Part shown: positions 1 to 9,599 of the stretch, one piece after another
Numbering within the stretch: the stretch's first letter is position 1
Layout of the letters: every line of letters starts with the position of its first letter
IMG/VR virus record: IMGVR_UViG_3300012943_000010
Coordinates: 1-51,419 of that record
Strand: one strand, 5' to 3'
DNA length: 51,419 nucleotides
Source of the DNA: a virus
Taxonomy: Duplodnaviria; Caudoviricetes
Translations under genes and position numbers: made by a program
Notes under the pieces: generated by a model
What the model saw: the letters and a program-made list of their open reading frames with translations, nothing else
The model's database searches: none
Told to the model about the DNA's origin: nothing

Positions 1-123
1 AAAGGCTCTTGCTGCCGCTTGGTCTGCTCTCTCCCCTATATTCTTACCCTTCGCGTTCGGGACGTTCTGGGCCGGGTTGCCGACGGTTGTGTTCGGATCG
101 GCGTAGACGATAGTAAGCGGAGT
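1..123. repeat. Terminal direct repeat, copy 1 (circular-assembly overlap)
   Basis: Identical to 51297-51419; the portal reading frame runs through the junction. Confidence 0.97.
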
Positions 124-975
124 TCCCTTCCGGTCGAGAGCAACCGAGAGCATCTGGAGGAACCCGTCTTTCATCACGTACCACTTATAAGCTCGACGAA
201 GGAGAGACCGGCCGTAAGGGTTCCCCATCTTTCCAGCCGCGTCGAAAGCGTAGTGGATACACTTCTCAGTCGGTATCCTGATGGAAAGGTAAGAATAGGT
301 ATTCGCGCTCCGGATCGGGAAAGGCATATCGCCGAACCGAGCGAAAGGATCGTTCGAAGAACCCTTAGAACCCCCGGAAAAGCCGAAAAGAGTCGATACC
401 CCATAAGCGAGGTTGGCCGGGTTATAGTTCCGCTGGTATTGAAGGATACCGTCAGGCGTCAGCTCTCCAGTCCTTTCAGTCTCGAAAAGAAGGGAGCCCG
501 GTGGAAGGGTGACGAGCTTTTTCACAACGAACCCGAGTTCGTCATCGTTACCCCAGACCTTTTCCTGCACCATAAAACCAGCCCACGAAGCGCCGAGCAG
601 CTCCTTCATAGCGTTGGTAAAACCGCCAGCGATACTCTCTAAAGCCCGATTAACCCAGTCCTCGATTTCCTTATTAGGGTGCTCATATCGACCGATACGA
701 GCCGCGAGGCACGTCGTAAGGAAGTCGATACCCGAGCCGATCGTGTCGTCGGTATCCACCATCCGCTTAAACGTCTCGACCGAGACAGTCGAGGGATTCT
801 GAATGAACTTATAGAACTGGTTGAATAGCGCAGGAATAGGCGTTCCGCGCTGTTGGGCAAGGTCGTCCCACGACTTAATTTCGGCGTGTCTGGCATACAA
901 CATCTCGTCGAGTTCGGACTCCGGAACCTCTGCGGTCGGCTCGGCGTAGCCGTTGTTATTCGTGGTCGTCAACAT
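1..975 (-). CDS. Portal protein (DUF935/Mu gp29-like), N-terminal part; continues across the origin to 50574 (565 aa total)
   Basis: Not in the ORF track because there is no stop in the window. Manual translation from ATG 975: MLTTTNNNGYAEP...GFMVQEKVW...GNPYGRSLLRRAYKWYVMK; in frame with the 50574-51197 ORF. Confidence 0.9.
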   Translation of the reverse strand, partial: MLTTTNNNGYAEPTAEVPESELDEMLYARHAEIKSWDDLAQQRGTPIPALFNQFYKFIQNPSTVSVETFKRMVDTDDTIGSGIDFLTTCLAARIGRYEHPNKEIEDWVNRALESIAGGFTNAMKELLGASWAGFMVQEKVWGNDDELGFVVKKLVTLPPGSLLFETERTGELTPDGILQYQRNYNPANLAYGVSTLFGFSGGSKGSSNDPFARFGDMPFPIRSANTYSYLSIRIPTEKCIHYAFDAAGKMGNPYGRSLLRRAYKWYVMKDGFLQMLSVALDRKGTPLTIVYADPNTTVGNPAQNVPNAKGKNIGERADQAAARAF

Positions 976-1525
976 TCTCCAAACTCCTTAGGTACTGCTG
1001 GATTGTGGGTAAAACTCGATCTTTCGCACTCAAATTTGGACGAGTATGTACGCCGAAGTTCTCCACAATTTCGGGAGAGTCCCAGGCCACGCCGCCGTCA
1101 AAAGCAGGTTCGTAAAAACTCGTGCAATTGTAGTGGACGATGGAATGTCGGGAAAGAACCAAGAACCCGTGCGCGCATCCTGGCGGGGAGTAAAGAGACT
1201 CCCCCCTCTCCCAGTTAAGCCGGAGAGCGAGCGATCTAAGGAAGGTCGGAGAGTCGGGCCGGAGGTCAACGATCACGTCGAGAACTTCCCCGTAGAGACA
1301 GGTCACGAGCTTCCCTTGAGGGTTCTCCGCTTGCAGGTGCATACCCCGAAGGACTCCGTGATCCGAGAAGGACTGATTTTGCTGCACAAACTTAGCGCCT
1401 ATCGCTTCGTCGATCCAGCCCTCCCGGTAAAGCTCCGAGAAGTTCCCCCGAGAGTCCGAGTGGACCTTTCGAAGTCCGATAAAAGCTCCCTTAATTGCAT
1501 CGACTGGTTCGAACTCAAAGGACAT
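956..1525 (-). CDS. rmlC: dTDP-4-dehydrorhamnose 3,5-epimerase
   Basis: DSRGNFSE, QQNQSFS..GVLRGMHLQ, QGKLV, DLRPDSPTF, AHGF motifs. Confidence 0.95.
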   Translation of the reverse strand: MSFEFEPVDAIKGAFIGLRKVHSDSRGNFSELYREGWIDEAIGAKFVQQNQSFSDHGVLRGMHLQAENPQGKLVTCLYGEVLDVIVDLRPDSPTFLRSLALRLNWERGESLYSPPGCAHGFLVLSRHSIVHYNCTSFYEPAFDGGVAWDSPEIVENFGVHTRPNLSAKDRVLPTIQQYLRSLENVDDHE

Positions 1526-2546
1526 TGAAACCTACCTCCTCGGCGTACCACCGCACGGTATCGCTTAATTTTTGGACAAAATTCTGTGGATTAGGTGACC
1601 AACCTAAAGCCCTGATAACCGAGTTGTCGATAGCGTATCGAAGGTCATCCGTGGGCCTAGCGAGGACATTATGTTCCACGTGAAACGGTCCCTCGGTAAG
1701 CCCGAGGTTCAACATGACATCGTGGACAGCCTTAACGAACTGATAATTTGTCAGCTCCTTCTCTCCCCCTATGCAGTATCTAAGCCCGTTCTCTCCCCGA
1801 AGGAATACCGTCTCGATCGCTTCGCAATGATCCTCCACGAAAAGCCAGTCGCGCATCTGAGCACCGCTTCCGAAAAGGATCGCTGGCTTCCGAGCTAGGA
1901 AGCTTCGGAAGGTCTGGGGGAGGAGCTTTTCGTGGTGCTGGTGAGGGCCGAAGTTATTCGAGCAGTTCGTTACCCGGACTTGGGTTCCGTAAGTCTCGAA
2001 GTAAGCCAGAGCGATCAGGTCGCTCGAAGCCTTGGAAGCTGCGTAGGGAGACCGGGGACGTATCGGGCTCTCCTCGAAAAAGGGCTCGTCTAAGAATCCT
2101 AGCTCTCCGAATACCTCGTCCGTGCTGACGTGGATAAAGGGACGGTTCGGAGTTCCCCCGTGGAGCTGGCGCCATTCCTCCAGGAGGTTCCAGGTTCCCA
2201 TGATGTTTGTGGTCATGAAGTCCTTAGGGCCCGCTATCGAACGGCAGACGTGAGACTCCGCGGCGAAGTGAAAGATAACCTCCGGGTGGTGGTGCTGCAG
2301 CACTCGGGCAACGACAGCCTGATCCCTGATGTCGACCTTCTCGAAGAACACCCGAGCCGAGCAGTCGTTCGCGCCGATATAGGACAGAACTCCGGTCGAG
2401 TCCGATGCGTAAGTCTCGGCGTCCATGATAAGGATCGTGTCTCTCGGGTATTTACGAAGCCAGTATTTTACGAAGTTCGTGCCGATAAAACCGAAGCCGC
2501 CAGTCACCGCTATTTTTCTCATATCGTATTCCGATTTGTGATTCAT
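1515..2546 (-). CDS. rmlB: dTDP-glucose 4,6-dehydratase
   Basis: VTGGFGFIG, HFAAESHV, STDEVFG, YAASK, CSNNFGPHQHHEKLLP, RDWLFVEDH. Confidence 0.95.
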   Translation of the reverse strand: MNHKSEYDMRKIAVTGGFGFIGTNFVKYWLRKYPRDTILIMDAETYASDSTGVLSYIGANDCSARVFFEKVDIRDQAVVARVLQHHHPEVIFHFAAESHVCRSIAGPKDFMTTNIMGTWNLLEEWRQLHGGTPNRPFIHVSTDEVFGELGFLDEPFFEESPIRPRSPYAASKASSDLIALAYFETYGTQVRVTNCSNNFGPHQHHEKLLPQTFRSFLARKPAILFGSGAQMRDWLFVEDHCEAIETVFLRGENGLRYCIGGEKELTNYQFVKAVHDVMLNLGLTEGPFHVEHNVLARPTDDLRYAIDNSVIRALGWSPNPQNFVQKLSDTVRWYAEEVGFNVL

Positions 2547-3991
2547 GGTTGCCTCATAAGATCATATTCCTCGCGAAGTTGCGACGGCAAAGACTCGATA
2601 ATTTCCGCTTGGCGACCAGGAGGAAAGAGCTTAAAGACTGCGTAACCGGCGGCATCCGATGCGTGGGTTCGGTCTCCATCTCCACCATCGTCGAGCTTAC
2701 CTCGGCCCGAAGACGTGACCGACTTCCAGCCGACCATCTTCACGTCACCGTCGAAATAAGTGCAGCGAGCAGGATCATAGGTCTGTCTGATTTCGCCCAT
2801 CGCGTTGCAGAAACGAGAGTTCATGTTCTCGACTCGGGTTCGGACTCTCGGGTTCGCTCGACTCTCCTCCTCATCGAGCTGGTGAAAGTCGACCGTAAAC
2901 CGAGCGCCTGCGTCTGCTAGAGTCGCTGCGATCTGATCGTAGTCGGTAACGCCTGCGTTCGAGGTCGTTCCGATACCGCCCGACACGTCGCCGTAGATCC
3001 GATAAAAGAAGTCCGGATACGACTGGAGAAGGTAAAGAGTCATGGCAACGCTCGACATCTCTCGCCCCGAAAGTTCTCCGAACCAATGAATGTGATCGTA
3101 CCAATATTCCCCATTCGGCCCGAAGGTATTCGGCCCACGTTGTCCGACCATCCAGACCAGCGGAGCAGGAGCAAAGTTAAAGTCACAGCCGATAATAAGG
3201 TCCATATCGCGATCCGGAAACGAAGCTCCCCACGGCGCGCGGCCCTGTCGATTCTTATCCGAAGCAGCGTAATAAGCTTTTCCGCCGAAGACGTTGATGT
3301 GTTTTGCTTCGAGTTCTTGCAGCGCCATCAGAGGCGAATAGGAAGCGGCCATCGTGTTGTAGTAGTTGAGGTCGATAATGCCCAGCTCGACCGATGCCAT
3401 CGTCGGAACGTGCATGGATCCATAGATCCGAGAGGCGTTTTGCCCGAGAACGAAGCGCTTATAAGACCAGTCCTCTCCGTTGGTCGTGGTCGTGATCAGG
3501 CCCTTAATATAGCCTTTCGTTTCACGCATACGCGAAATAACAACGTCATGGGTTGCCTGGGAAGTATCGCGAGTCTCGTCGAGCCAGTACCAACTGATTT
3601 CGATACCACGGAGCGCATCCGGATCGGAGAGCGTCCTGGTAAAGATCAGGGTGCAACGGTTGGTCCTTCGATTAAAGATCGAAACGGTGTTCTTATAGCT
3701 TTTTAAAGCCCGTTTTTGACCCCATGATTTCGGCGGAATGCAGTCCACAACGTAGTCGAGGTCGTACTCCTCCAGCCAAGAAAAGAAGGCTCGGAGAACA
3801 ACCTGGGAGAGCTGGTCATAGGTGTTTGCGCCTATTAAACCCGTCATCTGCGGGTGCTCAGTGATGTGATGGATCGAGAAGTGGGAACCGGTGTAGGTCT
3901 TACCGACAGCAACGCCGCCGTACATCGCGAAGTGTTGGAAGGGGTTATATATCGCTGCGTACTGCCAAGGAGCGATGCTTAAATCAGGCAT
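2543..3991 (-). CDS. terL: Terminase large subunit
   Basis: Walker A GGVAVGKT, Walker B WYWLDE, TTT coupling motif, RNase-H-like GCDFN and C-terminal HASDAAGY. Confidence 0.92.
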   Translation of the reverse strand: MPDLSIAPWQYAAIYNPFQHFAMYGGVAVGKTYTGSHFSIHHITEHPQMTGLIGANTYDQLSQVVLRAFFSWLEEYDLDYVVDCIPPKSWGQKRALKSYKNTVSIFNRRTNRCTLIFTRTLSDPDALRGIEISWYWLDETRDTSQATHDVVISRMRETKGYIKGLITTTTNGEDWSYKRFVLGQNASRIYGSMHVPTMASVELGIIDLNYYNTMAASYSPLMALQELEAKHINVFGGKAYYAASDKNRQGRAPWGASFPDRDMDLIIGCDFNFAPAPLVWMVGQRGPNTFGPNGEYWYDHIHWFGELSGREMSSVAMTLYLLQSYPDFFYRIYGDVSGGIGTTSNAGVTDYDQIAATLADAGARFTVDFHQLDEEESRANPRVRTRVENMNSRFCNAMGEIRQTYDPARCTYFDGDVKMVGWKSVTSSGRGKLDDGGDGDRTHASDAAGYAVFKLFPPGRQAEIIESLPSQLREEYDLMRQP

Positions 3992-4757
3992 CCGGCTCCC
4001 CTTCCGCTGAGTTCTTTACCTCGTCGAAAGTGTGAGGGAGCGACGGCTTATCGTACCAGTCGGACATCATCTTCGTTATCTGCTTCGAGGAAAGGTTCTC
4101 CCCTCCTCTGATCGTAACCTTCCACTCGGCGTTCTCGATCTTTTCCTGCTCGACGTGGAACTGCGCAGGATCGGAGAACGTCTCCGCGACCTTGAAAGAC
4201 CAGTCGTTGATCATCAGGGACTTGTGCTTCGACTCAGTAGCGACCTTAATCGCCGCCGCTAGCGACAGGAGTTCGCTTGACTTTATCGCTTTAAAAGCCG
4301 AGTAAGCTTCGAGCCCGGTAATCTTAGCTTGCTGCTTTTTCTGCTCGTCTTCGTTGATCGTCTGGATAATATCGTTGAGCCGCTTTTTCAGAATACCAAG
4401 CATCGCATCGTTGGCTTCCGGGTATTCAGTCAACGTCTTGAGAACGTCCGAATGCCACCGACCACGATGTTTAAATACGGCCTCTGCAATAGTTTCGGCT
4501 TGCTCTTTCGCGAACACATCGCGCTTCTGTTTTATCCACTCCTCGACTGGGAGACCGGATCGACTCGAAGCGGATTGCCATCCCATGCTTTTGGCAAAAG
4601 GAGTCCACTCGATATGGTCACTGGCCATATAGAGCTGCCTAATGCTGTCGGGGGAGGGCTTCGCGGAGGGAGCAGGTTTGTTTTCGTCGCCGTCTTTTAC
4701 AAGCCGTAGTGACTTTTTCTTCTCTCCGTCTTTCGGCGGGAGGTCGTCACTGCTCAA
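3984..4757 (-). CDS. Putative terminase small subunit
   Basis: Helical 257-aa ORF overlapping the start of terL; positional call only. Confidence 0.5.
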   Translation of the reverse strand: MSSDDLPPKDGEKKKSLRLVKDGDENKPAPSAKPSPDSIRQLYMASDHIEWTPFAKSMGWQSASSRSGLPVEEWIKQKRDVFAKEQAETIAEAVFKHRGRWHSDVLKTLTEYPEANDAMLGILKKRLNDIIQTINEDEQKKQQAKITGLEAYSAFKAIKSSELLSLAAAIKVATESKHKSLMINDWSFKVAETFSDPAQFHVEQEKIENAEWKVTIRGGENLSSKQITKMMSDWYDKPSLPHTFDEVKNSAEGEPDA

Positions 4758-4777
4758 ACGCTGCCTCTCAATGAAGG

Positions 4778-5035
4778 TTATTCGGTGGCTGCGATGCCCA
4801 TCTTAGCTGCTTCCTTCGGACCCAAATAGTCGAGGAGCAGGATGTTCACGCACTCGCGAAGGTAAGCGGAAAGAGTCGTCCCGTTCTTCTCGCAGAGACC
4901 TTCCGCGCTCTCCTTCCGGAGAGGATCGACTTTAAAGTTCGCGTTCACGAGAGCCACGCGGTTCTTCTCAGAATCGACAGCGCGACTCAGAGCATGGTGG
5001 ACGTTCGAGACCTCGACTTTTTTCAAGACGGACAT
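4778..5035 (-). CDS. Ribbon-helix-helix DNA-binding protein (RelB/DinJ-like fold)
   Basis: VNANFKVDPLRKESAEGLCEKNGTTLSAYLRECV pattern; GGAGGT RBS before ATG 5035. Confidence 0.6.
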   Translation of the reverse strand: MSVLKKVEVSNVHHALSRAVDSEKNRVALVNANFKVDPLRKESAEGLCEKNGTTLSAYLRECVNILLLDYLGPKEAAKMGIAATE

Positions 5036-5111
5036 TTGTATTACCTCCCGTGATACGTCTGAGACTATCACGCCGTTTAATGGAATAAAAGACCCACACA
5101 TTTTTTCTTTA

Positions 5112-5684
5112 CTACGTCGGATAGAACTGGATCACATCGCCTAAATCGAATAAGTAAACGGTAGTCCTGGTTATGCCCGAAGCGACCTTATAACAATGGA
5201 ACTCCCAGTTCGTGCAATCGCGCACGTTGGTCGTCTCCTGGATAGCGTCGAATAGGGCTTTTACCCGGTTATCCCCGTCCATATCGCGGATCGTATCGCG
5301 CTTAGTAAGCCAGTGAGGACTCTGATAAAAGATCATCGCCATCACTGCTCCCTTCGGCTTCCACGTTGACTTTCCTGCTCCGATACCGACAGCCACCAAC
5401 TTCTTAAAGAGCTTCGCATCGCTCGATAAGATCCGCTTGCCCTTGAACGTCGCGTAGAGCTTATTCACGCTCGGCGGAAGATCCGGAACCGCGAAGGTAA
5501 GCCACCCGTTCTGTTGGCTTCGAGCAAGGCAATGCTCGATTAAGACCTGCGCAGTCGGGGGGAACTCGTCTCCGAACCGAGAGACGATGTTCCTCCTGAT
5601 CTTTATATCGTAGCTTGCGCTTCGGGAGACCTTCGATCCTGATGGAAGCCGAACGGCAGCTTTTTGTTGCCCTTGAAAATCCAT
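5112..5684 (-). CDS. rusA: RusA-family Holliday junction resolvase
   Basis: LPPSVNKLY and RDMDGDNRVKALFDAI motifs. Confidence 0.85.
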   Translation of the reverse strand: MDFQGQQKAAVRLPSGSKVSRSASYDIKIRRNIVSRFGDEFPPTAQVLIEHCLARSQQNGWLTFAVPDLPPSVNKLYATFKGKRILSSDAKLFKKLVAVGIGAGKSTWKPKGAVMAMIFYQSPHWLTKRDTIRDMDGDNRVKALFDAIQETTNVRDCTNWEFHCYKVASGITRTTVYLFDLGDVIQFYPT

Positions 5685-6079
5685 AGGTGCCTCATATTCG
5701 CATCGTTTACGATCTCGCTGTCGGCTGGATAAACCTCGAACCCTTCCAGCTCTCCTCGACCGATTTCGCGTTTCAAGGTTTGGAGCTCGTCCCAGGTTAT
5801 CTTATCCGCCCAGCGTTCCCCGAGGTTCGCGTCGGTTCGATTTACGCTCATCCGGATCATATCTCCGCCCTTATCGAATACCTGCACAAGGAACTGTCGG
5901 CTCCTCCACGCTTCGACAGGGAACTTCGCGTCACCCCGATACTTTTCTGGTATATCGACAGGCACAAGATACTTCGGAAAAGCAGCGTTCTCCTTCTTAA
6001 CCCTCGAAAGATAACTCCGTCTCTCGGCTCGATTTAAAGGTCTCCCGAGGTTGTCCTCTACGGCGGAAAAGATCGTCAT
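5603..6079 (-). CDS. Conserved phage hypothetical protein
   Basis: ITWDELQTLK...EVYPADSEIVNDANMRHLW pattern common in phage proteins. Confidence 0.7.
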   Translation of the reverse strand: MTIFSAVEDNLGRPLNRAERRSYLSRVKKENAAFPKYLVPVDIPEKYRGDAKFPVEAWRSRQFLVQVFDKGGDMIRMSVNRTDANLGERWADKITWDELQTLKREIGRGELEGFEVYPADSEIVNDANMRHLWIFKGNKKLPFGFHQDRRSPEAQATI

Positions 6080-6089
6080 CGAAGACTCC

Positions 6090-6278
6090 TTAAGGGTTCG
6101 GGGCGACCGAAGTCAGCTCGGTAAAAAGGTAGTTGCTCGACCTCTGCTCGTCCTCGATAAACCACTCGCACGTTGCGCCTTGAACCGTCTTATCCGCGTT
6201 GCTCCATACCCGATCGACCTTCATCGCGGGAGAGCCTGTCTTTAGATAAACGGTGTCACCTTCTTTAAACTCGTCCAT
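6090..6278 (-). CDS. YodC/DUF2158-family small protein
   Basis: FKEGDTVYLKTGSPAMKV...CEWF; AAGGAGG RBS. Confidence 0.8.
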   Translation of the reverse strand: MDEFKEGDTVYLKTGSPAMKVDRVWSNADKTVQGATCEWFIEDEQRSSNYLFTELTSVAPNP

Positions 6279-6288
6279 AAATCCTCCT

Positions 6289-7401
6289 TTAAATTACGTC
6301 CCACTTCTCAGCGACAGGGCCTATCGGACACTTCTCGACGAGACAGTTAATGATGTCCTGTCGGCGTTCGTTGACCTTCGTAAGGGTAAGGGTATTTTTG
6401 ATGAAGTCGCGACTCTGGCGCCACTGGTATCCGCCATCGAGTTCTCCTCGAAGGAAGCTGTCGAGCTTAACTTCGAAGTCCTTCGAGTCGGTGTAATTGA
6501 TGATACCGGGGCGGCGCCACTCCTCGAAATCAGGAGCCAGCGTAACCGCACCTGCATGGGTTGCTTCGATCCAGGCGATATTAGACTTCGAGCGGTTGAA
6601 GGGACAGTCGTCGAGGGGAACTATCATCAGGGCCGGTCTGGTCTTTTCAAGGAACCCTAGATAGTCGATAGGATCGATCGTCTCCGTAAGGATCACGTTC
6701 GAGTCTTTAATACCTGGCACTTCGTCCAGCATCTCAATGGTGAGCCAGAACGGTTCCCCGATAAAGTTGTAAGTCCAATCCAGGTGCTTCCCTATCGCCT
6801 CCTTAAGGGCCGGCGTTACGCAGAGGAGGTCTTTATCGTGAGTCCCGCTCCCACGCCAAGCGACGATCTTATTCTGGTGAGGAGGTTTAGCGGCCTCGGT
6901 CAACGGGTTCATCAGGTCCATATCGTAGGCGTTCGGAACCACCACGACCTTCGAAGGATCGAGCAGGAGACCGGGCTCGCTCTGCGCTCCCTTCGCGATA
7001 CGCCTGATGATCGACCTTACCTGCTCCTGGAGGAAAGGAGTCGACACCGAGACGATATCCGCCTTCGCCAGCATTGTGCTCATGTTGTTCTGTATGGCCG
7101 GGTTGTTGTAAATACGGCTCGCCTTATTAAAGAGCGGAACCCCGTAAAGCCAGTCGTCATAATCGATCCAGACCTGCTTACGATTTGCCTTTGCCATGCT
7201 TATCATCTTGACGTGGTTCTCTAGGGCCGGTCTCTGGAGGAATACCGCGTCCACGCCCTTGAGAGACGCCCAGTTCATCGGCTGTCCGACTTGCACCGAT
7301 AAGTTGCCCCAGCTCCGGACGAGAGACTGGAGCGGGCCCACTCCCCGATAAAGGCTCGTCGCATCGGTCGGCTCGGGCATCTGACACATTAGATTTATCA
7401 T
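6289..7401 (-). CDS. Glycosyltransferase, GT-B fold (GT4-like)
   Basis: YRG..P, FLQRP, IDYDDW, ADIVSVSTPFL, VVVPNA, IVAWRGSGTHDKDL, PLDDCPFNRSKSNIAWIEA. Confidence 0.8.
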   Translation of the reverse strand: MINLMCQMPEPTDATSLYRGVGPLQSLVRSWGNLSVQVGQPMNWASLKGVDAVFLQRPALENHVKMISMAKANRKQVWIDYDDWLYGVPLFNKASRIYNNPAIQNNMSTMLAKADIVSVSTPFLQEQVRSIIRRIAKGAQSEPGLLLDPSKVVVVPNAYDMDLMNPLTEAAKPPHQNKIVAWRGSGTHDKDLLCVTPALKEAIGKHLDWTYNFIGEPFWLTIEMLDEVPGIKDSNVILTETIDPIDYLGFLEKTRPALMIVPLDDCPFNRSKSNIAWIEATHAGAVTLAPDFEEWRRPGIINYTDSKDFEVKLDSFLRGELDGGYQWRQSRDFIKNTLTLTKVNERRQDIINCLVEKCPIGPVAEKWDVI

Positions 7402-7708
7402 CGGTCGGAACTCCACACAGGCTATTGAGGAAAGCAGTCACGACAGCCCTTTGAAGCTGTCCATTATCGGCAAAAACTTCACAGGCTCCCGCGATCTTTA
7501 TCGCCCAAACGCAGCTATCGAGCCAACGGATTTGAGGCTCGAAGTCGAACGCAAGGGCTTCGAGCAGCACCGCGAGGTGAGCCCACTTTTTCGAAGGTTC
7601 GAAGTTATCGGGAAGTACGAGGAGTCCCTGGTAACGGGAGTCTAAGGCGCGCCTTAGGTCGGCGTCGATGGAAGTCGAGACGGATAACATAAGTCGGTCT
7701 CCTCGCAT
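7178..7708 (-). CDS. Hypothetical protein (3' part overlaps the glycosyltransferase)
   Basis: ORF follows a sigma70-like promoter; the last ~70 codons overlap the next gene and may not be functional. Confidence 0.45.
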   Translation of the reverse strand: MRGDRLMLSVSTSIDADLRRALDSRYQGLLVLPDNFEPSKKWAHLAVLLEALAFDFEPQIRWLDSCVWAIKIAGACEVFADNGQLQRAVVTAFLNSLCGVPTDDKSNVSDARADRCDEPLSGSGPAPVSRPELGQLIGASRTADELGVSQGRGRGIPPETGPREPRQDDKHGKGKS

Positions 7709-7720
7709 GATTTTACGAGG

Positions 7721-7749
7721 AGACTATCAACCAGGATCACGTTTGGCAA
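7721..7749 (-). promoter_or_regulatory. sigma70-like promoter
   Basis: TTGCCA-N17-TAGTCT in an intergenic gap. Confidence 0.5.
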
Positions 7750-7756
7750 TACGGAC

Positions 7757-7948
7757 TTACTGGACCGCTTGCCCTTCCGCGTTCGTTGTGGTTGTTGACG
7801 CTGTTGACGGAGCCGCAGCGGTCGCTTGGGCCGCCTTCTCCGAGAGGTCGAACTGCTTCCGAGCCAGCTCCAGGACTTCGATTTTCTGCTCGTATGTGCA
7901 GTTCTTAAGGGAACGGACTACGTTCTGAGTGGTCGTTAAAAGATCCAT
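7757..7948 (-). CDS. Small hypothetical protein
   Basis: AAGGAG RBS before ATG 7948 (MDLLTTTQ...); Ala/Thr-rich tail. Confidence 0.6.
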   Translation of the reverse strand: MDLLTTTQNVVRSLKNCTYEQKIEVLELARKQFDLSEKAAQATAAAPSTASTTTTNAEGQAVQ

Positions 7949-8108
7949 GCTTATGTTCTCCTTCGGGTGAGTAAGCTCACCTAAAATATGCCTCGAACGA
8001 CGCACTTCGTCGATCAGTAAATCAACGCTATCGAGAAAAACTAGAGTCTTCACTTGGCCGCGTCGAAAGTCTAAGACCTTTTCTGCGAACGAGTCGAGCC
8101 CTATAGGA

Positions 8109-8495
8109 TTAGTGGTAGACAACGCTCGATACCTCCAACAGGTCGTCCTTGATTTCGATTGCCTCGGACCAAGGATACTTATCCGGATGCGCAAGGTCTA
8201 GCAAGGAGTTAAGCCCTGCGTAGTTCCCAGCGCGTAAGCGATAAGCGATACCGTCTAGAGCTGCGGAGTGCGAAACGTAATGCCCGTGCCGCTTCGAGAG
8301 CTTCGCGGCTCTCTTTACAATCGAGAGGAACCGCTCTTTTTCAGCTTCCCGAAAAGCCTCGGACACGGGAGGGGGAACCGGCTTCGGAGCTGGCGGAGGC
8401 TTCGGGGTTCCCTTCTTAAAGGTGGACCTATCGATCGCCTGATATACGACTGGGACGAACTGAACGTACCCGAGTTTTATAAGCTTACTAGCCAT
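8109..8495 (-). CDS. Hypothetical protein with Pro-rich linker and small helical domain
   Basis: KRAAKLSK..HYVSHSAALDGIA...GNYAGL; overlaps neighbour. Confidence 0.6.
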   Translation of the reverse strand: MASKLIKLGYVQFVPVVYQAIDRSTFKKGTPKPPPAPKPVPPPVSEAFREAEKERFLSIVKRAAKLSKRHGHYVSHSAALDGIAYRLRAGNYAGLNSLLDLAHPDKYPWSEAIEIKDDLLEVSSVVYH

Positions 8496-8787
8496 TATCG
8501 ATAACCTCCTTCTTTACAGGGATGATGACAAAGACCTTCTTTTCAGCATCCTTAACCCGGCGATAGAGTTCATCATCCAGGGCTCGGGCTTTATCCATAG
8601 TCTTTTGCCCGACTTTTACCTTGCACGCTCGAACTAAATCCGCGTAATCGACGAACCCCATCCTTTCAGCACATAACTCTCTAGCCGCGAACGATCCTGC
8701 AGCGTCGCCTAGGTCTTGTAAACAGAAGCAAATCCTATTGATATAGGTCTGGAAAGTATCGATCCTTTCCCGTCTGGAGTTGCTCAT
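8488..8787 (-). CDS. Hypothetical protein
   Basis: ATGA-coupled to the upstream gene. Confidence 0.6.
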   Translation of the reverse strand: MSNSRRERIDTFQTYINRICFCLQDLGDAAGSFAARELCAERMGFVDYADLVRACKVKVGQKTMDKARALDDELYRRVKDAEKKVFVIIPVKKEVIDNG

Positions 8788-9599
8788 CGACGGACTCCGT
8801 GGAGCTTCGCAGACAGGGCGTTCAGCTCCGACCTCTCCTGCTCCGGGCTTACCTGGGTGGGCTCCGGCTGGTTGTCCCCGAAGTAATCATCAACTCGGGC
8901 TCCTTCCTTCACGGAGTTAAAGATCGCCTGGAGGTCGGCGATATCGTCTCCTGACATCTCCGCAGCGTCGTACCCGAGCCGAGTATCGATAAGCTCCTTC
9001 GAGACTCCGTGGCGCTTAAATGCGTCCAGGATGCGTTGGATACGGGGAGACAGCTCGACCTTAGTTCCTTCCGCTAAGACCTCTCGGCAACGCTCCGAAG
9101 CGGCGTCAACGATATCACGGGGAACGACTCCGAGAATGCAGTTCCGCATACGCCGAGCCTTGGCACTCTCGATAAGCTCCGACAGTTCGGTCGGATCAGT
9201 AACCGCACGGACAGCTCCGTTAGCCTTGCGCTCGTGTCGGACGATAAAGGTATCGACCTTCGAGAAGTTCTTCTCCATATCGAAGCAGAACGCTTCGCAC
9301 GTTGTCTGTTTATCGCCGCTTTCGAGAGTGCGAGCGCCGTACTCGATGTTCTCATAGAGCTGCGCGATCGCTTCCGCGAGTCGGATCGACGGCCCGGTTA
9401 TGGTCTGTTTCCCCCTAGGAAGGGCGTAGTGAGCGATCCGAGCAAGGGAAGGTCTTTCGCAAGCGGCCATGATTTGGTCGAAAACATCTTTCTGATTTCG
9501 GCGGAAGTTCTTCGCGACGATAAGCTTGCCCTGGATAACCTGGACGGCCTTACTCTGCTCGATTTCGACAACTGCGCTGGAAGCTTTAACGATGCTCAT
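8784..9599 (-). CDS. Putative single-strand annealing recombinase
   Basis: YALPRG..ITGPSIRLAEAIA..Y.N, A.AR..RNCIL pattern; ATGA-coupled downstream of the RecE-like nuclease. Confidence 0.65.
   Translation of the reverse strand: MSIVKASSAVVEIEQSKAVQVIQGKLIVAKNFRRNQKDVFDQIMAACERPSLARIAHYALPRGKQTITGPSIRLAEAIAQLYENIEYGARTLESGDKQTTCEAFCFDMEKNFSKVDTFIVRHERKANGAVRAVTDPTELSELIESAKARRMRNCILGVVPRDIVDAASERCREVLAEGTKVELSPRIQRILDAFKRHGVSKELIDTRLGYDAAEMSGDDIADLQAIFNSVKEGARVDDYFGDNQPEPTQVSPEQERSELNALSAKLHGVRR

Noticed and set aside
1-123. 123-bp terminal repeat as a biological DTR
   Set aside because: It falls in the middle of the portal ORF and is an exact end overlap, best explained as a circular-assembly artefact
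174-896. Track ORFs 639-896(-), 174-404(-) and 19-642(+)
   Set aside because: Off-frame or antisense shadows of the portal gene, whose true frame starts at 975
7178-7401. 224-nt same-strand overlap as a dual-coding region or frameshift fusion
   Set aside because: The overlapping tail looks like off-frame read-through with no motif and no slippery site seen
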